Made by a program: the position numbers and the translations under genes. A DNA stretch of 45,387 nt. Origin: a virus. Its lineage: Duplodnaviria; Caudoviricetes. Positions 18,678 to 26,629 of this stretch are shown piece after piece (positions within the stretch are counted from its first letter, which is position 1; the number at the start of each line of letters is the position of its first letter). Below the pieces are notes generated by a model. It saw only the letters and a list, made by a program, of their open reading frames with translations, made no database searches and was not told the origin of the DNA. The stretch spans positions 1 through 45,387 of IMG/VR virus record IMGVR_UViG_3300037045_000105. One strand, written 5' to 3'.

Positions 18678-20180
18678 TTACGTGGTCTCCGTGCTGAGCG
18701 AGCTCACGAGCCCGACGGTGGTGACGGCGCCTTCGACCTCGCGCAGCGGCACCGCTCGCGCGAACCCGTAGATCAGGCCGTCCTGTAGGTAGTTATTGTT
18801 GCGGGTGACGGTGTAGCGGGCCGATCGAACGTGGCCCTTTTCGCCCTCGATGTTGTCCACGTCGATGAGCTTGTTCTTCAGCTTGAGGTTTACCGAGTTC
18901 TCGACTCGCTGCGCCTCGCTCTCCTCGAGGCGACCAGTGCCGTCGTCGAGTGATCGGAGGTTCGACTCCGGCCATTGCTGCAGGTCGTCGTGGGCGATCT
19001 CGCAGATCTCATCGAGCACCGTGCCCCATTGCAGTGTGCGGAAGTCGGACGTCGCGCCGCTGCGAATGAACGGCTTCTTGACGAAGAATCCGTCATAGCC
19101 GTCCACGAGACAGAGCGTGATGATTCGGTCGGCGGCCTCGAATTGTGGGTTTGCCTCGTCGTCGTTTCCGAGCGCCATGACGCCGCGCAGCGAGCCCGAG
19201 CGCACTCGACCGCAGCTCTCTGAAAGCTCGGTCTTGGCGAACCGCTCCGCCACGGCGTTGACCGCCGGGACTACCGGGACGGCCCAGCCCGTGAACGGGA
19301 TCTTCGAGACGATTCGGCAGCCACTAGTCTCCGTGATCGGGTCCCACACCAACCCGATTCGGTCGTCAGTGAACGATGCAATCGCGGTGCGGAAGTTCGA
19401 CAGCGTATCTAGGCTTCCGCCGTCCATGACGGCGCGCGCGAACCGAAAGCCCGCTGCCAGGTTGTCGAGGTGGCCCGCTACCGCTGCCGCGAGCACGATC
19501 TGCGCTGAGGCAGTGGCCGAGCCGCCAGCGAACATGACCCGTCGAACGCGCGTCGAGCCGAGCAACGTCCGCAGATTCTCGAACGCGTTGGTGAGATCGA
19601 GCACCGTGTAGTGCGGAGCCACGCAGTCGGCTCGGTGGACGTCTCCGACCTGGAAAAACACGGGGCCCGCCCCAGGCACGAAGGTGATCGTCACTGGCGC
19701 AGCCGGGTCTTGCCCTGTCTGCGGTAGCGCGAAAGTCCCCCCAGCGGGGATCGTGTAGATCGGGGACCAGCCGCTTGCGTCCGTGGCGGTGTAGCCATCG
19801 AGAGCGTATTGGAAGCGCCCGGCTCCCAGCGTACCCGATGTCGCCACTCGCACTCGAAGGCGCCAAGCGTCGGCTGGCTCGTTCGCGACAGTGATCGTCC
19901 CCGTCGAAGTACCCACACGGGTCACCGCCGGAGTTCCGAGCGTGCCAGCCGTGCTGGCAGCGGTCTTGAGAATCAGGCAGCCGCCAGCGTCAGCTACCGG
20001 CGCGGCCTGCTCCACGACAGTGCCTCGCCCGAGTGTGTCAGCGAGCGCAGCGGAGCCGTTGACCCAATAGAGCGTATTGGCGACACCCTTGCTGCAGGGG
20101 CCAACGAATAGCGGGCGTTGGCGCGCCTCGACAGGCAGGTTTAGCCCGCCGTCGCGCACGACGATGGTTTGACGGCTCAC
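18678..20180 (-). CDS. Tail sheath protein (DUF2586-like)
   Basis: 500 aa; VRDGGL...FVGPCSKG..N N-terminus; GRVRSGSL, YDGFFV..P, SDF..LQW..V.D motifs. Confidence 0.9.
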   Translation of the reverse strand: MSRQTIVVRDGGLNLPVEARQRPLFVGPCSKGVANTLYWVNGSAALADTLGRGTVVEQAAPVADAGGCLILKTAASTAGTLGTPAVTRVGTSTGTITVANEPADAWRLRVRVATSGTLGAGRFQYALDGYTATDASGWSPIYTIPAGGTFALPQTGQDPAAPVTITFVPGAGPVFFQVGDVHRADCVAPHYTVLDLTNAFENLRTLLGSTRVRRVMFAGGSATASAQIVLAAAVAGHLDNLAAGFRFARAVMDGGSLDTLSNFRTAIASFTDDRIGLVWDPITETSGCRIVSKIPFTGWAVPVVPAVNAVAERFAKTELSESCGRVRSGSLRGVMALGNDDEANPQFEAADRIITLCLVDGYDGFFVKKPFIRSGATSDFRTLQWGTVLDEICEIAHDDLQQWPESNLRSLDDGTGRLEESEAQRVENSVNLKLKNKLIDVDNIEGEKGHVRSARYTVTRNNNYLQDGLIYGFARAVPLREVEGAVTTVGLVSSLSTETT

Positions 20181-20524
20181 TTAGTGCCTTCCTTTCGGAG
20201 ATGGGGAGCGAGTGCCGCAGCGTGCGGCGTGTAGGCGCCACGCTCGTCCGGCGACTGCGCTGCCGCGATTGCCGCGTCGTAGTCGTCACGGGTGAGGATG
20301 AGCGGATCGGGGGAGTGCAGTTGGTGCGTCGCCCATCCGTGGAGCACTTCCGCCGCGCGGAACGCCCACGAGCGCACGTCGCGGTCTTGCGTGCCGTCTA
20401 GGAGCGCGCGCGCCGCTTTGATGTGCCCTGCGTCACGCCCGTGATCCCACGGAGTAGGCCCCAACGGACGCACCTCCGCCTTCGGCTGCTGCCCTTCAGG
20501 CGGCGCCGTTTCGTTCTTTTTCAT
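20177..20524 (-). CDS. Small conserved protein upstream of sheath
   Basis: W.F.AA..LHGW.....LTRDDYDAAIAAA pattern; operon overlap. Confidence 0.65.
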   Translation of the reverse strand: MKKNETAPPEGQQPKAEVRPLGPTPWDHGRDAGHIKAARALLDGTQDRDVRSWAFRAAEVLHGWATHQLHSPDPLILTRDDYDAAIAAAQSPDERGAYTPHAAALAPHLRKEGTK

Positions 20525-20531
20525 CGTTGTG

Positions 20532-21107
20532 TCACTCCGTGTTTTCGGGTGTCTGATCGATCGCGTCGACGCAGCGACGCAGCACGTAGTCAGTCAGCGG
20601 CTCGGGGAATCCCGGCAACTGCAGTGGGTTTTGGTCGACAGCCAGGGCAACGTCGACGTCCGCGTCTATCTCGTAGACGGCAGTAAGCTTCGACGCTTTC
20701 TCTTCCGTCGGCGCGGTCTGATTGCCGAACGTAATCGTGATACCGAATGCGTCCTGCACGCGCTTCGCCGCGTTGCGCAGGTTCATGAACAACGCGCGGC
20801 ACGATTCCTTGTCCTTCGCGATTACCGCGACGCGTAACCTCACGAGGTCCGCGAATAGCTTGCCGTCCTGCGCAGCCTCGAGCGGATCGGTCTTGCCGCC
20901 CGTCTCCACCCAGCAGACGCAGGGCAAGCCGTGCAGTTCGGATGCCGCCACCGCACCAATCGTGTGGTAAATCTTGGCGGTCGTATCGATAGCGGCGCGC
21001 GTGATGACACCCGCTTTGCCGTACGCAATGCGCAAGTTGGCGCACTGTGAGAATCGGCATAGCTCCACCTGAACGGCGGCGATGAGGTCGTCGATCGGAT
21101 CGGACAT
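20532..21107 (-). CDS. Putative tail terminator/neck protein
   Basis: Position between gpG-like and sheath genes; 191 aa. Confidence 0.55.
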   Translation of the reverse strand: MSDPIDDLIAAVQVELCRFSQCANLRIAYGKAGVITRAAIDTTAKIYHTIGAVAASELHGLPCVCWVETGGKTDPLEAAQDGKLFADLVRLRVAVIAKDKESCRALFMNLRNAAKRVQDAFGITITFGNQTAPTEEKASKLTAVYEIDADVDVALAVDQNPLQLPGFPEPLTDYVLRRCVDAIDQTPENTE

Positions 21108-21778
21108 TACTTACCGAATTGCTTCTGAAACCACACCTGGCAGGTATCGTTGAACGCCTCCGCCCAGGCCTCCGGCATGTTGCCCTTTTCAGGGACCATC
21201 ATGCGGCGCTTCGCGCCTTTGACGGAGCGGAGGAAAAGCGTCGAACCCTTCATCTGCGCGACTGCCTTATTTGCAGCGTTCTGCAGGATCTTGCGACGCA
21301 TCGCCGAGCCGTACTGCCCTTGCCCGAATCGGTACCCCGCCATCGCGGAATACCGGACGCGACCCGCCGCTGCTTTGGTCACATAACCCGGGGCGTAGAA
21401 AGCCAATGCCTTGGCGTGGATCGGTACGATTCGCTTCTTGTGCGGACCGTAGAGGCCGGTGCCCTTCTGGTGGTAGATCGCATAAGGAACGTTGCATGAG
21501 ACCTTGAAGCCTTTCCCGTCGGAGCGGACCCGCTTCCACGAATTGCCGCGACGTAGCTGCGCAGTGCGTCCGACGAGGATCGCTCGCCCATCACCGAAGA
21601 CCTTCGGCGCGTAGCGTTTCCCGTAGGGGTCGTGCTGCGCCGCCATCCCGTCGATGATGAGGTCAATCCCCTCCTCGGCGAGGTTGTCGGTCAGTGAGCG
21701 AAGCGCATCCGGTGAGCCGAGCTTTTCGACACGCACGATGTGCCGTCGAACCTTCCACATCTCACCGCGCAAGGACAT
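21107..21778 (-). CDS. Virion morphogenesis/tail completion protein (Mu gpG-like)
   Basis: Start MSLRGEM; Q.DPYG..YAP, IL..T..LR, NVPYAIYHQ.GT and C-terminal RR.M.P motifs. Confidence 0.8.
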   Translation of the reverse strand: MSLRGEMWKVRRHIVRVEKLGSPDALRSLTDNLAEEGIDLIIDGMAAQHDPYGKRYAPKVFGDGRAILVGRTAQLRRGNSWKRVRSDGKGFKVSCNVPYAIYHQKGTGLYGPHKKRIVPIHAKALAFYAPGYVTKAAAGRVRYSAMAGYRFGQGQYGSAMRRKILQNAANKAVAQMKGSTLFLRSVKGAKRRMMVPEKGNMPEAWAEAFNDTCQVWFQKQFGK

Positions 21779-22205
21779 CCCACCCTCGAGCGCAGTCGCT
21801 TTCGACGCCAGCGCGCGAGCTAACCTCGTCGGGCTTGGCGTCGATTGGGTTGCCGTTGGCGTCCTTCGGTAGCGGTTGGATCGCTCCATCCGCCACCTTG
21901 TCGATCCACTCCAGGCAACGCTTGTATTCCTCGATGAACTCGATATCCGCCTGCGATTGCGCTTCCCACCCGCGCACTCGGAGGTAGTGGTAACCGCCGA
22001 TGATGCACTCGCGCCGCTTCATTCCGCGCGAGACCGACGTCAGTGGGATCGGCAGGTCGTACCCGGCGGCACGCAGTGCGTCGATTATGTCGCTCTGCGC
22101 ACCGTCGAGGTGCTCCACCAGGTCGGGCCACACATCCTCGTCGCCCCAGATCGCATGGCCTGGGACGCCGTGCGTCTTGAACTCCGCGATGGTGGACCAC
22201 GGCAT
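21762..22205 (-). CDS. Head-tail adaptor (Mu gp36/DUF1320-like)
   Basis: Start MPWSTIAE; A.S.I..AL...Y.LP...Y...LEWI.KVADG motif. Confidence 0.8.
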   Translation of the reverse strand: MPWSTIAEFKTHGVPGHAIWGDEDVWPDLVEHLDGAQSDIIDALRAAGYDLPIPLTSVSRGMKRRECIIGGYHYLRVRGWEAQSQADIEFIEEYKRCLEWIDKVADGAIQPLPKDANGNPIDAKPDEVSSRAGVESDCARGWDVLAR

Positions 22206-22480
22206 CAGAAGTCGCCCCACTCGACGCGCACACGAGTGACGTTGGTGACGCTTCGGATCTGCCTGATGCAGAGCTCCAGCTTGTCACCTTGGGCCACCGT
22301 GTAGGGACGATCGGTGTCTCCGCTCTTTGCGGTGCGGCACACGATTGAGGCGCCAGCTGTAGCCGCAACGACCACTAGACGCTCGATGTCGCGCTGCTCC
22401 GTGTTCTCTGGCAGGCGTAGCAAATCGACCGGGCTGCCGAAGCTGGTCAGCTCGATCGCGTCAGTAGCCCGGGCCGCCAC
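22205..22480 (-). CDS. Small virion protein
   Basis: 91 aa beta-rich, in head/neck operon with 1-nt overlaps. Confidence 0.55.
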   Translation of the reverse strand: MAARATDAIELTSFGSPVDLLRLPENTEQRDIERLVVVAATAGASIVCRTAKSGDTDRPYTVAQGDKLELCIRQIRSVTNVTRVRVEWGDF

Positions 22481-22857
22481 TAGAACCGCACCTCACCCTT
22501 GAGCGTGCACGGAATCGATACGCTCGTGCCGCCAACGTTGTAATAAGCGCGAATGAAGCGCGCTCCAACGAAGGACAAACTTTGGTTTCCGGCTGCGGTG
22601 ACCTGAGTGAAGGTCGCCAGGGTGCGGACGTCGCCGGTGAAGTCGTTGGTATCGCTCCCTTGGATCAGGACATCCAAGGTATCGTCGGTGCTCACGGACG
22701 CCACTGTGAGCGTCAGTCGGCATGGCTTGGGCCCGCCTAGCTCGAGGACGCTCGAGTACCCGTCGGCGGTCAGTGCCGCGGCTGGACTGAGATCGATGTC
22801 TTCGCAGCCGCTTTGGCGGCCGGCAAAGGGCCCGCTTCCAATAGTGTGCATGATCAT
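22480..22857 (-). CDS. Putative head decoration protein (jelly-roll-like)
   Basis: Start MIMHTIG; LTLTV..VS...TLDV.IQGS.....ARFIRAYYNVGG pattern. Confidence 0.6.
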   Translation of the reverse strand: MIMHTIGSGPFAGRQSGCEDIDLSPAAALTADGYSSVLELGGPKPCRLTLTVASVSTDDTLDVLIQGSDTNDFTGDVRTLATFTQVTAAGNQSLSFVGARFIRAYYNVGGTSVSIPCTLKGEVRF

Positions 22858-23141
22858 GCTCCTGCGCGCGCTTCCGCGAGCGCATTTAGGGCTTCGCGCG
22901 CCTGCCTCAGGGTGAGCCCTGCGCGGCGCAATTCGTCGGTGTCGGCGCCGTCGAGGTCCTCGATCGTCGAGTACCCGGCAGATGCCAGTCGTGTGAGGTG
23001 CGGGAAGTCGACCGCAAGGGCCGTTCCCGGCTGCGCTTGCTGCTTCGCTGTCCAAAAGGCAGCGTCGCCAGCGTCAGCGCGGAGCGCTGCGACCGCGCGC
23101 TTCTGGAGGTAGTAGCGGCGCGGTCGCAAGAATTCGCTCAT
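22854..23141 (-). CDS. Helix-hairpin-helix domain protein
   Basis: RLASAGYSTIEDL..AD..EL...GL....A HhH-type motif. Confidence 0.7.
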   Translation of the reverse strand: MSEFLRPRRYYLQKRAVAALRADAGDAAFWTAKQQAQPGTALAVDFPHLTRLASAGYSTIEDLDGADTDELRRAGLTLRQAREALNALAEARAGA

Positions 23142-23371
23142 CGCTTGCGCTTCTGCGGTTCGCCCTTCTCGGTTTCGTGAGCCTCGACGGGCTTCGCGGC
23201 TGCCGCCTCGAGCTCCGCAATGCGCTTCTGCAGTTCGCCCTTCTCGGCTTCGTAGCGCTTGGTTAGCTCCTGGATTGCCAGTTCGTGCGCTGCCCAGGGG
23301 ATGGTCGTCGGGTTCACGGGGCGCGGGGAGGATTGCTCCTCCCGCTCCCGCATGCGTCGCGCCGTAATCAT
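23138..23371 (-). CDS. Hypothetical protein (short coiled coil)
   Basis: 77 aa directly after the capsid gene. Confidence 0.6.
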   Translation of the reverse strand: MITARRMREREEQSSPRPVNPTTIPWAAHELAIQELTKRYEAEKGELQKRIAELEAAAAKPVEAHETEKGEPQKRKR

Positions 23372-23374
23372 CGG

Positions 23375-24595
23375 TTATCCGATGTAGTTACGGACGTTGT
23401 GCGTCAACTTCGCGACGCCTGGACGCGTACCCATCGCGCGTCGTCGGTACAAGTGCGGCGCGGCATAGAGGTGCTGCGCCATGATGTCGGTGTCTGCGAG
23501 GATGTCGACATCCGTCTTCGATCCGAGCCGTGCGCCATTGTACCAGAACGCCGCTGCGCCCTTCTGGTAGATCAGCGTCGTGACGCAGAGGTTTGCCGTG
23601 CTCGAGTAGACCGAGGCCGCGTCGTAGGTGGCGGAGCCGAACGCGGCAGTGATGCCGGTCGCGCCGTTCTTCCCAACGAGCGAGTCGATGTTCGTGTCCG
23701 TGAGCTCGACGGTTGCTGCGGTCGTGAGCGTCGCGCTCCAGGTGTTGCCGCCGTCGGTCGAAAACCGGAACGTCGCGGTTCCGCGCGCGCCACCGGCAAC
23801 GATGTCGATGCGGAGGTCCCATGCGCCCGAGGGCGTACCGGTGAGGGTGACGTTTCCGACGGTCGCGCCCGTCTCGGTGACGGTGCCCATCGAGGATCCA
23901 TCGAGCGGAACGTTGTCGCTTACGAGGACAGGGATCCCGCAGAACGTCTTGACCGATCCTTGACCCTCCCGGACGGTCTCGAGCCACAACGGGCGACCCG
24001 ACGTGTCGGTGAGCTCCGCAAGGTCCGCTTCTGCCTGGCTATGGGTGACCATAGCTACGATGTCGGACTGGTCGTCACCGAACTTGGTGCGGGTGCGAAT
24101 CAGCTGGCGATGATCGAGGAACACGGGCGAGGTAGCCGAGTACAAGGCGCGCGCCAACGGCGTAGCCTTCGTGGTGTCGACCATGATCTCGTCCATGCGA
24201 CGTACCGCGGCTTCCTTCACCTGGCGGACGCCCTCCTCGTACGGGTCACCAAGCTTCAGGTTCGCTTGAGCGATGCCCTGTGCCCACGCCGACACCTCGA
24301 ACGCCAGAGACGAACGAGCGATGGTCGCTTGCTCCTGCATCTGGGCGATCTTGTTCGGGGTGATCGAGCTACCGTCGGGGTTGTTGACGAACTTTCCGAT
24401 CGTGCCGAAGTACGGGATCGAGATGGTCTTGCCGACGGCGCCTTGGCCGCCTTCTGGCATCGTGTCGGACACGAGGATCGCCCCGCTCGACACGAGAATC
24501 GAGCCCATTAGGGCGGCCCTACCACGGAAGGCACCTCGAATCGCATCGGTGAAGATGACGGGATCGAGCATGTCTGCTTGCGTCATGATGGTCAT
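23375..24595 (-). CDS. Major capsid protein (HK97 fold) with inserted beta domain
   Basis: DMLDP.IF.D; G.TISIPYF..IG; VTHSQ..ADL; TFCGIPVLVSDNVP; AGGAG SD; follows protease. Confidence 0.9.
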   Translation of the reverse strand: MTIMTQADMLDPVIFTDAIRGAFRGRAALMGSILVSSGAILVSDTMPEGGQGAVGKTISIPYFGTIGKFVNNPDGSSITPNKIAQMQEQATIARSSLAFEVSAWAQGIAQANLKLGDPYEEGVRQVKEAAVRRMDEIMVDTTKATPLARALYSATSPVFLDHRQLIRTRTKFGDDQSDIVAMVTHSQAEADLAELTDTSGRPLWLETVREGQGSVKTFCGIPVLVSDNVPLDGSSMGTVTETGATVGNVTLTGTPSGAWDLRIDIVAGGARGTATFRFSTDGGNTWSATLTTAATVELTDTNIDSLVGKNGATGITAAFGSATYDAASVYSSTANLCVTTLIYQKGAAAFWYNGARLGSKTDVDILADTDIMAQHLYAAPHLYRRRAMGTRPGVAKLTHNVRNYIG

Positions 24596-24686
24596 GGAAA
24601 AAATCTCCTGGTCGAACGGGGGCGCCCCGCTCTCCAGCTAGGGAGGCAGGGTAAAGACTGTTTGGTTGTTGGTTACGGTGTGAAGA

Positions 24687-25949
24687 TCAGATCGTGCCGG
24701 CGCGCGCTGCTTCGGCGCGCATGGTTTCGAACAGCTCCGGATTTTCTGCCTTCAGCGCGTGGCGCTCGGCGGAGGTCATCTGATCGTAGGACTTGCCGTT
24801 GTAGCTTCCGCCACTACCTGGCTCGCGCTTGTTGTCTCCGACGAGCACGACTGGCGCGTGAGCAAGGAATCCCTCGAGGTGCTCGAGGGATGAGGCCTTG
24901 GCCCAAGCGAGTTGGGACGGCGCCAGCTTTCCAGCGTGCGGATTGAGCGGGTCAGGAGTGTGCGACTTTGCGGGCGTGCTGGCTGACGCGATGAGTGCAT
25001 CCTTTTTGCCTGCGAGTGCCGTTTCCTCGAGCTTCGCCTTTTCTGCGACGGCCTTGTCTCCAGCTTCCGCGCGGTCACGCAGACCCTTGACGGCGCCTTG
25101 CGCTTCGTCGACGGACTTCGCGCCGATCGCATCGAGCAGCTTGTCCCGCTCGCCCTTGGCGGCTCGAAGCTTGGTGATCTCGCCGATTGCATCGGCTTCG
25201 GTGGCGCCCTCGGCGAGGCAGAGGGCAGCAATTACGAACGCTGCTAGTTGTGCCATATTGTTCTCTTTCGCTGTCTCCGCCGGCGGTGCCGGGGGGTTGT
25301 GTTCGCCCAGAGCGGCGGCGCGCATCGCCGTTTCGCGCATCTGGGATTTGATTTGCAGCCGCTCGACAGCGGCTCGGAGCTCGCTATCGGCGAGCGCCTT
25401 GGTCTTCGATGGCGCCTCGCGGATCACGGTGCAGAAGCCCTTTTCTTTGGCTTCCTTCGCGCTCATGAGGCGATCTTCGTCCATGAGTGCGCGCACGTCG
25501 TCCTCGCTCATCCCGGAGCGCTTCGAGTAGGCGGTCACGAACGAATCCTCGAGGTTTTTGAGGTCGCGCGAGCGCGCGTCCAGCTTCTTCGAGTTGCCGC
25601 TGACGTTCGTCCACGGGTTGTGGATGAGCAACTTCGAGCTCTCGTGCATCGAGATCACGTCGCCGGCCATCGCGATGAGCGATCCGCACGACTGCGCGCG
25701 AGCCCCAATGGTCACCTCGACGCGCGCCGGATGCTCGAGTAGTGCCTGGTAGATGCCGCTGCCGTGCCAGACGTCCCCGCCATCAGTGTCGACGAAAGTG
25801 CGAATTAGCGCAGCGTTTGGCACCTTCTTGAGTGCCGCTCGAACCATCTCGGCCGTGCACGGCTCGTCGGACCACCACGAGTCACCGATCACGCCAGTTA
25901 GCGAGATCTCGACCTCATTGTTTGCGAGCGCTTTGAATTCTAGGGCCAT
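24687..25949 (-). CDS. ClpP-type head maturation protease fused to scaffold
   Basis: DTDGGDV..G..IY.AL; ARAQSCGSLIAMAGD; LLIHNPW; MS.KEA.EKGF; coiled-coil C-terminal half. Confidence 0.92.
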   Translation of the reverse strand: MALEFKALANNEVEISLTGVIGDSWWSDEPCTAEMVRAALKKVPNAALIRTFVDTDGGDVWHGSGIYQALLEHPARVEVTIGARAQSCGSLIAMAGDVISMHESSKLLIHNPWTNVSGNSKKLDARSRDLKNLEDSFVTAYSKRSGMSEDDVRALMDEDRLMSAKEAKEKGFCTVIREAPSKTKALADSELRAAVERLQIKSQMRETAMRAAALGEHNPPAPPAETAKENNMAQLAAFVIAALCLAEGATEADAIGEITKLRAAKGERDKLLDAIGAKSVDEAQGAVKGLRDRAEAGDKAVAEKAKLEETALAGKKDALIASASTPAKSHTPDPLNPHAGKLAPSQLAWAKASSLEHLEGFLAHAPVVLVGDNKREPGSGGSYNGKSYDQMTSAERHALKAENPELFETMRAEAARAGTI

Positions 25950-26030
25950 GGAATGCGTCCGCCCCGCTGCCCATCGAGGGGCGCAGGGTGTGAATTGTTT
26001 GCTTGTTTCGGTTGCCGCTAGGCGGAGGCG

Positions 26031-26360
26031 CTAGCCGAGATGTCGTCGCAGGTGGGACCAAACGCCCATGTAGACCTGCTCGCGGTCAAGGCCCTGCTTC
26101 TCCTCGACGCGCGCCTTGAAGTTGTCGTAGTCCATCGACTCGAGAGCCTTGGCCACCACCTTGGCTGCAGCCTTCGCGGGCAGCTCCATCCGGAAGGGGT
26201 AGTCCGCCGACTCGTCTTCCCAAACCTCAGAACTCGGTAGCTCGGCGCGCCTGGCGAACTCCACGACGTCGGCCGATACGCGCCCTCGCACCAAAACCTT
26301 CCCCGGCTTCGAACGATGCGCAACTACTGAGAAAAAGCCGAATTCGGTGAAGAGCCACAT
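26031..26360 (-). CDS. Small conserved phage protein; candidate immunity protein for the MuF toxin
   Basis: MWLFTEFGFFSVV...VLVRGR...ADYPFR...MDYDNFK; downstream of the toxin gene; no SD (20-bp gap). Confidence 0.75.
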   Translation of the reverse strand: MWLFTEFGFFSVVAHRSKPGKVLVRGRVSADVVEFARRAELPSSEVWEDESADYPFRMELPAKAAAKVVAKALESMDYDNFKARVEEKQGLDREQVYMGVWSHLRRHLG

Positions 26361-26380
26361 ACGTGCTACGCTAGCACATT
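26361..26380. promoter_or_regulatory. Symmetric candidate bidirectional promoter (GTGCTA-CGC-TAGCAC) for two leaderless genes
   Basis: TGcTACGCT on + is 8 nt before ATG 26381; TGcTAGCGT on - is 7 nt before ATG 26360. Confidence 0.6.
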
Positions 26381-26629
26381 ATGGAAGCTCCGAAGCCCGT
26401 GAAGGGGACCCTTGAGCGATTGCGCGCCGACGGGACCACTGAAACCATCGAGATGACGGTCGACGAAGTGCGCGCTGCGCCGAGCCACTACGACGACTAC
26501 GACTGCCAGAATATCATCGTTACCTACGACGACGACACTCGAGTCAGGCCCTACCGCTTCGTCGACACGCAACCGAACATCCGCACCAGAGTCGACCCGG
26601 AAACCGGCGAGCTACACGGGACGATCTAA
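26381..26629 (+). CDS. Small acidic protein convergent with the MuF toxin gene; second immunity candidate
   Basis: 82 aa, D/E/T-rich, ATG start, fills the gap exactly, 4-nt stop overlap with the toxin gene. Confidence 0.65.
   Translation: MEAPKPVKGTLERLRADGTTETIEMTVDEVRAAPSHYDDYDCQNIIVTYDDDTRVRPYRFVDTQPNIRTRVDPETGELHGTI

Noticed and set aside
9812-20180. Tailocin/eCIS/T6SS interpretation of the sheath-tube-VgrG-like-baseplate block
   Set aside because: Contiguous with terminase, portal, protease, capsid and integrase, so it is a phage tail
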